Source of the DNA: Candidatus Limnocylindria bacterium
Lineage (GTDB): Bacteria > Chloroflexota > Limnocylindria > QHBO01
Direction of reading: 5' to 3'
Length of the DNA stretch: 64,000 nt
Assembly (NCBI GenBank): GCA_036004845.1
Contig: DASYRA010000001.1
Coordinates: forward strand, 71,554-135,553
The translations under genes and the position numbers were made by a program. The notes below the pieces were generated by a model. It searched no databases. It was not told the origin of the DNA and was given only the letters and a program-made list of their open reading frames with translations. Shown one piece after another: positions 54,162 through 62,441 of the stretch; within the stretch, counting starts at the first letter, position 1, and each line of letters opens with the position of its first letter.

Positions 54162-55012
54162 GCGCCCCCATGCCGGAGATCGACGCGCCGGTCGCCGTCG
54201 AGGTCATCACCGCCTTCATCCGTTCCCAGGCCCGTCAGACCGGCTTCGACCGGCTGGTGGTCGGCCTCTCCGGGGGCGTCGACTCGGCCACGGTTGCGTT
54301 CCTCGTGGCGCGGGCCATCGGTGCCGACAACCTGCTGGCGGTGCGGATGCCCTACCACAGCTCGTCGCCGGACTCGGAGGCCGATGCCATGCGCGTCGTG
54401 ACCGCCCTCGGCTGCCGGACCGAGCAGGTCGACATCACTCCCATGGTCGACCCGATGCTGGCCCTGCTGATCGGAGAGGACGAGGTGGCGATGCAGGTGC
54501 GGCGCGGTAACGTGATGGCCCGTCAGCGGATGATCGTGCTCTACGACCGGTCGGTCGCCTTCGATGCCCTGGTGGCGGGGACCAGCAACAAGACCGAGGC
54601 GCTGCTCGGCTACGGCACGCTGCACGGGGACATGGCCTGCGCGATCGCCCCGATCGGCGACCTGTACAAGAGCCAGCTGCGTGCAGTAGCCGGCGCGCTC
54701 GGGGTCCCGCAGGAGATCCTGGACAAGGCGCCGTCCGCGGACCTGTGGCCCGGCCAGACCGATGAAGGCGAGCTGGGTGCCGGCTACGACGACCTGGACC
54801 GGGTCCTGTTCGCGCTGGTCGACCGGCGCTGGAGCGTCGAGCGCTGCGTGGCGGGGGGCCTCGACCCGCAGCTGGTGACGCGGGTCGCCGCTCGCGTGGC
54901 GCGGAACGAGTTCAAGCGCCAGATGCCGCCGGTCGCCAAGCTCAGCCTGCGAACGCCGGGCGTCGACCACCTCTATCCTCGGCGCCGTCCCGGCTCGCGG
55001 CGCGGGAGCTAG
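54158..55012 (+). CDS. nadE: NAD+ synthetase (NadE, N-type ATP pyrophosphatase domain)
   Basis: PP-loop SGGVDS. Start is GTG 54158 (GTGA overlap) or ATG 54170. Confidence 0.85.
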   Translation: MSAPMPEIDAPVAVEVITAFIRSQARQTGFDRLVVGLSGGVDSATVAFLVARAIGADNLLAVRMPYHSSSPDSEADAMRVVTALGCRTEQVDITPMVDPMLALLIGEDEVAMQVRRGNVMARQRMIVLYDRSVAFDALVAGTSNKTEALLGYGTLHGDMACAIAPIGDLYKSQLRAVAGALGVPQEILDKAPSADLWPGQTDEGELGAGYDDLDRVLFALVDRRWSVERCVAGGLDPQLVTRVAARVARNEFKRQMPPVAKLSLRTPGVDHLYPRRRPGSRRGS

Positions 55013-55017
55013 CGAGG

Positions 55018-55878
55018 ATGGCTGGTCGCCTGCTGGTGGTCGGGACGCCGATCGGCAACCTGGGTGACCTCACTCCGCGCGCGGCCGAGGCACTGCGCAG
55101 CGCGGACCTGGTTGTCGCCGAGGACACGCGCCTTGCGCGTCGACTCCTCTCCCACATCGGGGCGAAGCGTCCGACGGTCAGCTACCACGACCATTCGCCC
55201 GATGCGCGGCTGGGCGACCTGCTGGGACGCCTCGCCGGGGGAGCGACGCTTGCCTTCACCAGCGACGCCGGGATGCCGGGTGTCTCAGATCCCGGAGCGC
55301 GCCTCGTCGAGGCGGCGAGGGCGGCCGGCGCCTCGGTCGAGGTTCTGCCCGGGCCGTCGGCGGTGACGGCGGCGATCGCGGCGTCCGGGGTCGAGTCGCT
55401 CGGGTTCGTGTTCGGTGGCTTCCTGCCCTCCCGGCCGGCCTCCGCGCGCATCGTCGCGTTGCGACGGCTGCTCGACGCGAGCGGCTCGACGGGAATGCCG
55501 CTCGTGCTGTTCGAGGCGCCGCACCGCGTCCGGGCTCTGCTGAGCGCGCTCGACGAGATGCTCCCGACGGCATGGGTTGCGGCCTGTCGTGAGCTGACCA
55601 AGCTGCACGAAGAGGTCCTGCTCGGCACGCCGGCCGAGGTCAGGGCGCGGCTGTCCGAGCCGCGTGGGGAGCTGACGCTGGTCGTCAGCCGGATCCCTGG
55701 ACCCGCGGCCGCAGCCCCGGCGTTCGATGCCAGCGCGCTGGTCTATGCGGCGAGGAGCGCCGGCCTGGCGCCGCGCGCGGTCGTGGAGCTGCTCCGCGCC
55801 GCCGGCATGCCTCGGCGCGCCGCATACCGCGCCGTGGGGGCCGACGGCGACATGCCGCCGGGGAATGAGACGGGGTAG
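55018..55878 (+). CDS. rsmI: 16S rRNA (cytidine1402-2'-O)-methyltransferase RsmI
   Basis: LLVVGTPIGNLGDLTPRA, SDAGMPGVSDPG; tetrapyrrole-methylase fold. Confidence 0.85.
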   Translation: MAGRLLVVGTPIGNLGDLTPRAAEALRSADLVVAEDTRLARRLLSHIGAKRPTVSYHDHSPDARLGDLLGRLAGGATLAFTSDAGMPGVSDPGARLVEAARAAGASVEVLPGPSAVTAAIAASGVESLGFVFGGFLPSRPASARIVALRRLLDASGSTGMPLVLFEAPHRVRALLSALDEMLPTAWVAACRELTKLHEEVLLGTPAEVRARLSEPRGELTLVVSRIPGPAAAAPAFDASALVYAARSAGLAPRAVVELLRAAGMPRRAAYRAVGADGDMPPGNETG

Positions 55879-55962
55879 CCGTGCGTCTGGAACCGGGCCG
55901 TGGGTCTCGGCGTCAAGGGGAACAGCAACGCCCTACCAGACCCGCCACGTAGAGGACCAGCT

Positions 55963-56439
55963 GTGCGCACCGCCCACCTCATGGCGCTCGCCCTTGCACT
56001 GACCGCATGCAGCCTCCTCGTCCGCGAAACGGCGGTGCCCGTCACCCACACGGATCCGTATCCGGCGAACCCGGGGGGCACCTGGGACGCGATCCTGACG
56101 GTGGTGGCGGTCGAGCTCGGCACCCAGACTGAGGTTTCCGTGGCTGAAGCGCTCGCCGGCCCTCGGCACGGCGAGCTGATCCTGGTCCGAGGTGCGCTTT
56201 TTGCGGATGACGCCTACGGCCAGGTCTGGCTCTGCAGTCGGGCGGAGCTCAGTCCCGACAGCGGCCGCGTGCAATGCGCAGGCTCGATCCTCCTGCTTGC
56301 AGGCGAAACCGAAGGCAGCGGGCTGACGGCCTCCGCGTATGTCGCCTCGCTACTGGCGCTGGCTGACCTCGGTGAACTGCAGCAGACCGGCACGGTCCGC
56401 TGGTCCGCGGACGCCGCTCTCCTCGGCCGTATCCGGTAA
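55963..56439 (+). CDS. Hypothetical lipoprotein
   Basis: GTG start with a GAGGA RBS 6 nt upstream; signal plus lipobox MALALALTACS. Confidence 0.55.
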   Translation: MRTAHLMALALALTACSLLVRETAVPVTHTDPYPANPGGTWDAILTVVAVELGTQTEVSVAEALAGPRHGELILVRGALFADDAYGQVWLCSRAELSPDSGRVQCAGSILLLAGETEGSGLTASAYVASLLALADLGELQQTGTVRWSADAALLGRIR

Positions 56440-56548
56440 GCGCGCGGTAACGGGTGGGTAACGGCCCGTCTGTAGCCTGTGTCGCATCCGGTGGCCGCCT
56501 CGCCCGGCGCGCCGTGAGCCCGAGATCGGGCAGGAGGATTGGTCAGGC

Positions 56549-56980
56549 ATGAACAAGGTGTTTCTGGTCGGGCGGCTCACCCGCGATCCGGAGCTGCGCA
56601 CGCTGCCGTCGGGCAAGCCGGTTGCCAACTTCGTGGTGGCGACGAACGAGTTCCGGGGCGGCGGGGCGCCGGAGCGGACCGAGTACCACAACCTGGTGGC
56701 GTGGGATCGGCTGGCGGAGATCTGCGGGCAGTTCCTCTCCAAGGGGCAGCTGGTGGACATCGAGGGTCGGCTGCAGACCCGTCAGTGGGATGACGACGGC
56801 GGTCTTCGTCACTGGAAGACCGAGATCGTGATCGGCAGCCTGGAGATGCTCTCCGGGCGCGGCAAGAAGGAGTACGCCAAGGAGGCGCAGGCGGTGGCCG
56901 CGACGGGCGAGGATGGGCTCCCCGCTGGGATCGGCAGCGAGACCAACGGTGCCGACGAGGAAGCCGTCGTCGCGATGTGA
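56549..56980 (+). CDS. ssb: Single-stranded DNA-binding protein paralog lacking the canonical acidic DDDIPF tip
   Basis: OB-fold core VFLVGRLTRDPELRTLPSGKPVANFVVATNE...YHNLVAWDRLAEICGQFLSKGQLVDIEGRLQTRQWDD. C-terminus ends ...NGADEEAVVAM. Confidence 0.8.
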   Translation: MNKVFLVGRLTRDPELRTLPSGKPVANFVVATNEFRGGGAPERTEYHNLVAWDRLAEICGQFLSKGQLVDIEGRLQTRQWDDDGGLRHWKTEIVIGSLEMLSGRGKKEYAKEAQAVAATGEDGLPAGIGSETNGADEEAVVAM

Positions 56981-56986
56981 CGTCTC

Positions 56987-57014
56987 GATGCGGCGGGGAC
57001 ACCACCGCCGCATC
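56987..57014. terminator. Bidirectional terminator-like hairpin (10-bp stem GATGCGGCGG/CCGCCGCATC, 8-nt loop) between the convergent ssb and small ORF
   Basis: Read directly from the sequence. Confidence 0.4.
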
Positions 57015-57041
57015 TCAATCCCGCCGAGCGTGCGGGCGTGC

Positions 57042-57254
57042 CTAGTTTCGGGCGGCGCCCGGCAGGCTGGCCAGCAGCTCCTCCGCGATGTCCGCGTACG
57101 GCTCGAGGGCGTGCTCGATCGCTTCGACGGCACCCTTGCCCAGGCCGAGGCTCGGTCCAGCCGGCGTATCGGCCGAAGCAATCCACCGTCCGTTGATTTC
57201 GCGCAGGCGCACCTCAACCCAGAAGGTCGAGCAGTACAGCCGCAGGAGCGTCAC
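57042..57254 (-). CDS. Small hypothetical protein (about 70 aa), possibly UPF0150/HicB-like
   Basis: High-GC3 frame: TFWVEVRLREINGRWIASADTPAGPSLGLGKGAVEAIEHALEPYADIAEELL. It is part of the spurious 625-aa track ORF 57042-58919. A GTG start at about 57254 is assumed. Confidence 0.35.
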   Translation of the reverse strand: MTLLRLYCSTFWVEVRLREINGRWIASADTPAGPSLGLGKGAVEAIEHALEPYADIAEELLASLPGAARN

Positions 57255-57311
57255 GGCGCAGGTATAGCCGATCGACCTTACAGGCGACCTTGCGAGTGCG
57301 ATACTCGCCGG

Positions 57312-57758
57312 GTGAAATTCCGCGCCCTGATCGAGGGAGCCGGCAAGAGCGCTGCCGGGATCGAGGTGCCCGCCGAGGTGGTGGCGGCCCTGGGGCACAG
57401 CAAGCGGCCGCCGGTGCGGGTCACCATCAACGGGCACACGTACCGAAGCACCGTGGCCGTGCTCGGCGGGCGGTTCATGCTGGGCGTCAGCAACGAGGTG
57501 CGAGCCAACGCCGGCGTCGCAGCGGGGGACGAGGTCGAGGTGGCGATGGAGCTCGATACCGCACCGCGGGAGGTCGCCGTTCCCCCCGAGCTGGCGAGGG
57601 AGCTGGCCGGCAACGCAACCGCCCGCAAGGCCTTCGACGCCCTCTCCTACAGCAAGCAGCGACTGCTGGTCGATCCGGTGGCAAATGCGAAGACGGCTGA
57701 GACACGCGATCGCAACATCGCCAAGGCGCTCAGCGCCCTCCGCGCCGGCCGCAGCTGA
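57312..57758 (+). CDS. DUF1905 plus YdeI/OmpD-associated domain protein
   Basis: VKFRALIEGAGKSAAGIEVPAEVVAALG...VRVTINGHTYRSTVAVLGGRFMLGV (DUF1905), then PELARELAGNATARKAFDALSYSKQR. GTG start in frame with track ORF 56913. Confidence 0.6.
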   Translation: MKFRALIEGAGKSAAGIEVPAEVVAALGHSKRPPVRVTINGHTYRSTVAVLGGRFMLGVSNEVRANAGVAAGDEVEVAMELDTAPREVAVPPELARELAGNATARKAFDALSYSKQRLLVDPVANAKTAETRDRNIAKALSALRAGRS

Positions 57759-57769
57759 CGCCGGACGAC

Positions 57770-58453
57770 TCAGCGCGAGGCGAGCAGCACGATCAGGCTG
57801 ATCAGGTAGGCGTGCAGCAGGGCGCCGTACAGGACCGATCGGGTTCGCCAGGCGATCCATCCGAACCCCAGCCCGCCGAAGAAAGTGGAGAGGGTCTCGA
57901 GCTCGGGCTTGCCGAGGTGGGTGAACACGAAGGGGAACGTCGCCAAGACCACGCCCAACGGCCCGACGGTGCGGATCAGGGTCCACATCAGAAACCCGCG
58001 AAACAGAAACTCCGCGGCGGCGACATTCACCGCGTTGCCGACCAGCGCCCCCGGCAGGTCGGCCGGCTCGTGGCGGTAGTAGAGGACGAAATCGGGCTGC
58101 CCCGAGACCAACAGGATGGCGGGGGTCGCCAGTGCCGCCAGGACCCCCGCCGCCGTCAACCCGATCCGCCACTCGCCGAGGCGCAGGCCATAGGCGTTCG
58201 GGCGCTCTCCGAGCAGGAGCAGGATGAGCAGCGGCACGATCAGGAAGAGGCCCACATGCGACAGCCCGAGGCTCATCTCCGGGCCGATTCCGAGCACGAG
58301 CGGGTGATACCAGTCGATCAGCAGCACGAAGGTCGTCGCCAGCACCACCGTCGTTTCGCGCAGCGGCAGGCGGAGGCCGGCGAGGTTCAGGCTTCGCGGC
58401 TCGTCTGGCGGTGGCACGCCGGCAACTCTCACCGATGCGGCAGCGGCTGGCAA
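57770..58453 (-). CDS. CPBP family intramembrane metalloprotease (CAAX protease/Abi)
   Basis: Motif 1 EFLFRGFL, motif 2 FVFTH, later conserved His in LLHAYL; multi-TM. Confidence 0.75.
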   Translation of the reverse strand: MPAAAASVRVAGVPPPDEPRSLNLAGLRLPLRETTVVLATTFVLLIDWYHPLVLGIGPEMSLGLSHVGLFLIVPLLILLLLGERPNAYGLRLGEWRIGLTAAGVLAALATPAILLVSGQPDFVLYYRHEPADLPGALVGNAVNVAAAEFLFRGFLMWTLIRTVGPLGVVLATFPFVFTHLGKPELETLSTFFGGLGFGWIAWRTRSVLYGALLHAYLISLIVLLASR

Positions 58454-58536
58454 GCGCTGAGCGTCGGTATACTTGGCCCCAACCGAGCACGAATCCGGCC
58501 GCTCCGCGCGGCCACCGAGTCGAGGACGCCGCGCGC

Positions 58537-59289
58537 ATGAGCACCGAGTACCCGAATACCGGGCGGCTGAGCCGCTGGGAGGAGATCGCCGAGGGCCTGG
58601 CGATCGTCGGCGTGCAGGCCATCTCGAGTCCCTTCTCCTTCAACCCCGGCCAGTACGCGACGCTCGGCCTGTGGGGTCCGGAGGAGGGCAAGCTGCTCCA
58701 GCGCCCGATGTCGATCTCCTCATCGGCCGACCGCCTGGACGAGTACGAGTTCTTCATCCGGCTGGTGCATGGCGGCGAGTTCACGCCGCTGCTCTGGGAG
58801 CGACGCATCGGCGACCCGATCAACATCAAGGGCGCCAAGGGCCGATTCGTGCTCCAGGAGGACGGTCGGACCTGCCTGCTGGTGGCGAGCGGGACCGGGC
58901 TGGCCCCCTTCATGAGCATGATCGAAACTCTGCGCGACCGCGGCCAGACGCGTGAGATGCTCCTGCTGCATGGCGTCAGCCATGACTTCGACCTGGCGTG
59001 GCGGGCTGAGCTGGAGGCCCTGGTTGCATCGGGGACCTTCCCCCTCCGCTACGCGGCGACGGTCTCACGGCCGCAGAACTGTCCGGATTGGACGGGCCTC
59101 ATCGGCCGGGTCGAGTCCATCGTGGGTGGCCAGCTTGACGAGCACGGGCTGACGCCCGACAACGCCACCATCTACGTCTGCGGCAACCCCGACATGATCG
59201 AGGCGGTCGAGGCGACGGCCCTGGAACGCGGCTTCCCGCCGGAGCAGGTCCGCAAGGAGCTGTACTGGCCCAAGGGGAGGGAGCACTGA
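58537..59289 (+). CDS. Ferredoxin-NADP+ reductase-like FAD/NAD(P)-binding oxidoreductase
   Basis: FAD motif RPMSISS, NAD(P) motif LLVASGTGLAPFMSM, C-terminal YVCGNPDM. The track ORF starts at 58411; an in-frame ATG at about 58537 is preferred. Confidence 0.75.
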   Translation: MSTEYPNTGRLSRWEEIAEGLAIVGVQAISSPFSFNPGQYATLGLWGPEEGKLLQRPMSISSSADRLDEYEFFIRLVHGGEFTPLLWERRIGDPINIKGAKGRFVLQEDGRTCLLVASGTGLAPFMSMIETLRDRGQTREMLLLHGVSHDFDLAWRAELEALVASGTFPLRYAATVSRPQNCPDWTGLIGRVESIVGGQLDEHGLTPDNATIYVCGNPDMIEAVEATALERGFPPEQVRKELYWPKGREH

Positions 59290-59293
59290 GCTC

Positions 59294-60880
59294 GTGGCCG
59301 ATCGCTACTATCTGACCACCGCCATCTTCTACCCGAGCGCCGGGCCGGCACTGCACTCGCTCTTCGAGGCGATCGGGGCAGACGCCATCGCCCGCTATCA
59401 GCGGCTGCTGGGCAAGGACGTCCGCTTCCTGACCGGCATGGACGAGCACTCGGCCAATCTCCTGCGCCAGGCCCGCGAACGGGGGGTCGAGCCGCGTGCG
59501 CTGGTCGACGAGTGGGCGGCCAGCTGGCGGGCCGGATTCGATCGGTTCAAGATCAGCTACGACCGCTTCATTCGCACCACCGACCCCGACCACGCGCTCG
59601 CCTCGACCGAGATGGTGCGGCGCGCCCTGGCCACCGGCGACATCTACAAGGGCACCTACGCCGGCTGGTTCTGCGTCGGCGACAACGAGTTCAAGACCGA
59701 TAGCCAGATCGTTGACGGCCGCTGTCCGGACCACCCCACCCTCGAGCTGCAGTGGCTCGAGGAGGAGAACTACTTCTTCCGCCTGTCGCGCTACCAGGCG
59801 GCGCTCGAGCAGCTCTACGCGGAGCACCCGACGTTCTGCGAGCCGGAGCATTTCCGCAACGAGGTGCTCGGCTGGCTGAACGAGGGGGTGACCGACTTCT
59901 CGATCAGCCGTGCCGGCGGAACGTGGGGCATCCCGTTCCCGGACGACCCGTCGCACCGCATCTACGTCTGGTTCGACGCCCTGACCAACTACCTGACCGG
60001 CGCAGGATTCCCCGATGACGTCGCCACCTTCGAACGCTGGTGGCCGGCCGACCTCCACGTCATCGGCAAGAACATCACGCGCTTCCATTGCCTCTACTGG
60101 CCGGCGATGCTGATGAGCGCCGGGCTGCCACTGCCTGAGAGCGTCTTCGCCCACGGCTTCATGCTGATGCGCGGCGAGCGGATGTCGAAGACGCGCGGCA
60201 ACATCCTCGACCCCGAGGTGGCGGCCGAGCTGTTCGGCATCGACGGTGTCCGCTACGTCATCCTGCGCGAGATCCCCTTCGACCGCGACGGCGACGTGAC
60301 CGCGGACGGCCTCGTGCGCCGCTACAACGCCGAGCTGGCCAACGACCTGGGCAACCTTGTCAATCGAACGGTGAGCATGAGCGCGCGCTACCTCGACCGT
60401 GCCCTGCCGCCGGTTGCCGGTGCCGACGCTGCGGCGGACCAGGAGCTGCGCGCCGCCGCCGCCTCCGCCGTCGAGGCCTACCACGCCGCCATGGGCCGAT
60501 TCCACCTGGACGAGGCGCTCGGCGCGGTCATGGACCTGACCTCGGCCGCGAATGGCTACGCCGAGTCCCAGGCGCCGTGGGCACGCGACAAGGAGGGGGA
60601 CGCGGCGCGGGTCGGCGCCATCCTGGCCGTGATGGCGGAGACGTGCCGCATCCTGGGCCACCTGATGGCCCCCTTCACCCCGACCGCGGCGGCCGCGCTG
60701 CATGCCCAGCTCGGCGTCGGTGTCCCGTACGACGATCACGGCGCCGGCGGCCCGGGCCTCGATCGGCTGCTGGCCTGGGGATCGGTGCCCGACGGCTGGC
60801 GGACGGGGGAACCCCAGCCGCTCTTCCCGCGCGTCGAGCTGCCGGACGTCGAGGCGGAACCCGCCGGGAGCGCCCCCTGA
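59294..60880 (+). CDS. metG: Methionyl-tRNA synthetase homolog (short, actinobacterial-like) with a degenerate HIGH motif
   Basis: Strong MetRS similarity throughout (YYLTTAIFYP, DVRFLTGMDEH, YVWFDAL, FHCLYWPAML, RMSKTRGN, anticodon-binding helix region). The expected P-H-[VIL]-G-H-A is P-A-L-H-S-L. Confidence 0.8.
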   Translation: MADRYYLTTAIFYPSAGPALHSLFEAIGADAIARYQRLLGKDVRFLTGMDEHSANLLRQARERGVEPRALVDEWAASWRAGFDRFKISYDRFIRTTDPDHALASTEMVRRALATGDIYKGTYAGWFCVGDNEFKTDSQIVDGRCPDHPTLELQWLEEENYFFRLSRYQAALEQLYAEHPTFCEPEHFRNEVLGWLNEGVTDFSISRAGGTWGIPFPDDPSHRIYVWFDALTNYLTGAGFPDDVATFERWWPADLHVIGKNITRFHCLYWPAMLMSAGLPLPESVFAHGFMLMRGERMSKTRGNILDPEVAAELFGIDGVRYVILREIPFDRDGDVTADGLVRRYNAELANDLGNLVNRTVSMSARYLDRALPPVAGADAAADQELRAAAASAVEAYHAAMGRFHLDEALGAVMDLTSAANGYAESQAPWARDKEGDAARVGAILAVMAETCRILGHLMAPFTPTAAAALHAQLGVGVPYDDHGAGGPGLDRLLAWGSVPDGWRTGEPQPLFPRVELPDVEAEPAGSAP

Positions 60881-60915
60881 GCCGCCGCCACACGCCGGCG
60901 CGGCTGCCCGGCCTG

Positions 60916-61698
60916 GTGGATTCGCATTGCCACCTCCAGGACCGCGCCTTCGACTCCGATCGCGAGGCGGTGATCGGGCGGGCGGTGGAGACGGGGATTG
61001 AACGAATCCTGGTCCCGGGCTACGACCTCCCGTCGTCCCGGGCAGCGGTCGAACTCGCGCGGGCGCATCCGGAGCTGATCGACGCGGCGGTGGGCGTGCA
61101 TCCGCACCTCTCGGCCGCTCCTACGGCGGCCGACTGGGGCGAGCTGGCGGCGCTCGCCGCAGACTCCCGAGTGGTGGCGGTGGGGGAGATCGGGCTCGAC
61201 TTCCATCGGGACCGGTCGCCGCGCGGCGCGCAGCGGGACGCGCTCGGCCGTCAGCTGGCGATGGCGGCCGCGGTCGGCAAGCCGGTGCTCGTTCACGATC
61301 GCGAGGCGCACGACGAGGTGCGCACCGCGCTGCTCGCCTGGGAAGGTCCCGGGACCGACGCCCCACGGGGCGTGCTGCACTGCTTCTCGGGTGATGCGGC
61401 CCTCGCCCAGGACCTCGCGGCCGGCGGCTACCTGATCAGCTTCGCGGTGCCCGTCAGCTTCTCGTCGGCGGCAGGTCCGCGAGCCGCGGCAGCCGCGCTC
61501 CCCGAAGGGACCTACCTCGTCGAGACCGACTCGCCCTGGCTGGCGCCGGGAGGCGGTGAGCAGCGCAACGAGCCGACGACGGCGCTGCGGGTGGCCACCG
61601 AGCTGGCACGCCTGCGTGGAACGAGACCGGAGGCCATCGCGTCGGCGACGGCCGGCGCCTACCGGTGGCTGGTGGGCGGCTCCCCGTCCTCGTCGTAG
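60916..61698 (+). CDS. tatD: TatD family metal-dependent hydrolase
   Basis: DSHCHL, GEIGLDF, VHDREAH, LVETDSPW. The start is uncertain (GTG 60916 in the frame of track ORF 60577). Confidence 0.8.
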   Translation: MDSHCHLQDRAFDSDREAVIGRAVETGIERILVPGYDLPSSRAAVELARAHPELIDAAVGVHPHLSAAPTAADWGELAALAADSRVVAVGEIGLDFHRDRSPRGAQRDALGRQLAMAAAVGKPVLVHDREAHDEVRTALLAWEGPGTDAPRGVLHCFSGDAALAQDLAAGGYLISFAVPVSFSSAAGPRAAAAALPEGTYLVETDSPWLAPGGGEQRNEPTTALRVATELARLRGTRPEAIASATAGAYRWLVGGSPSSS

Positions 61699-61886
61699 GG
61701 GAGCGGGCAGGCGGCGTCAACGTCGTCGGCGGTTCGGTCGCCACGGAGCCGCTTGATCAGCGCGCGCAGCTGGTTCCGGAGCATCCAGGGCGTAGTGATG
61801 CCGCCGGCAATCGCGGCCTGCAGGAGCAGGCTGTCGGCGTTCGGGTCCATCCCCCCGCAGAACATGCAGGCGATCAGCTGATGCAT
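61659..61886 (-). CDS. Small Cys-containing hypothetical protein (75 aa)
   Basis: ATG start, high GC3 ([29 protein letters not shown]...). Overlaps the tatD 3' end by 40 nt antisense; divergent from the groES promoter. Confidence 0.4.
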   Translation of the reverse strand: MHQLIACMFCGGMDPNADSLLLQAAIAGGITTPWMLRNQLRALIKRLRGDRTADDVDAACPLPYDEDGEPPTSHR

Positions 61887-61956
61887 CGGGCAGGGTTGTA
61901 CGCCCGCATCGGTCCTGCCGTCAACAGGACGAGTGGATCATGCGCGCGGCGCATCC

Positions 61957-61986
61957 TTGACACGCGCCGTGCCGCCGGGCTACGAT
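61957..61986 (+). promoter_or_regulatory. groES promoter: -35 TTGACA, 18-nt spacer, -10 TACGAT
   Basis: Near-consensus hexamers immediately upstream of CIRCE. Confidence 0.55.
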
Positions 61987-61989
61987 CCG

Positions 61990-62016
61990 TTAGCACTCTC
62001 AGCGGTTGAGTGCCAG
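61990..62016 (+). promoter_or_regulatory. CIRCE (HrcA operator) TTAGCACTC-N9-GAGTGCCAG, right half imperfect
   Basis: Left half exact to the consensus TTAGCACTC-N9-GAGTGCTAA; the right half has 2 mismatches. It sits between the promoter and the groES RBS. Confidence 0.75.
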
Positions 62017-62107
62017 CACCCCGGTCGCATCGGCCCTGCCGGCTCTCCCGCTGAGAAGCAGCAACGCAGCGCCTGCGCATCATCGGTTGAGGAGGCATCA
62101 CGCACAC

Positions 62108-62419
62108 ATGGCCACCAAGGTCGCATCGGAGACCAAGCTCAAGCCCCTCGGCGACCGGCTGGTCGTCAAGCCCATGGCCCGCGAGGAGATGACCAAGAGC
62201 GGCATCGTCCTTCCGGACACGGTCAAGGAGCGCCCCCAGGAGGGGACGATTCTGGCGGTCGGCCCGGGACGCACCCTGGACGACGGCACGAAGGAGCCGA
62301 TCGAGGTTTCGGTCGGGGAGAAGATCCTGTTCCAGAAGTATGCCGGGACCGAGTTCAAGCTGGATGACGAGGATCTGCTGATCCTCTCCCAGAAGGACGT
62401 CCTGGCAGTACTCCAGTAG
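62108..62419 (+). CDS. groES: Co-chaperonin GroES
   Basis: [11 protein letters not shown]...[23 protein letters not shown]. The track ORF starts at 62006; ATG 62108 has a GAGGAGG RBS. Confidence 0.95.
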   Translation: MATKVASETKLKPLGDRLVVKPMAREEMTKSGIVLPDTVKERPQEGTILAVGPGRTLDDGTKEPIEVSVGEKILFQKYAGTEFKLDDEDLLILSQKDVLAVLQ

Positions 62420-62441
62420 TTTTCGGAGGACGAACAACATC

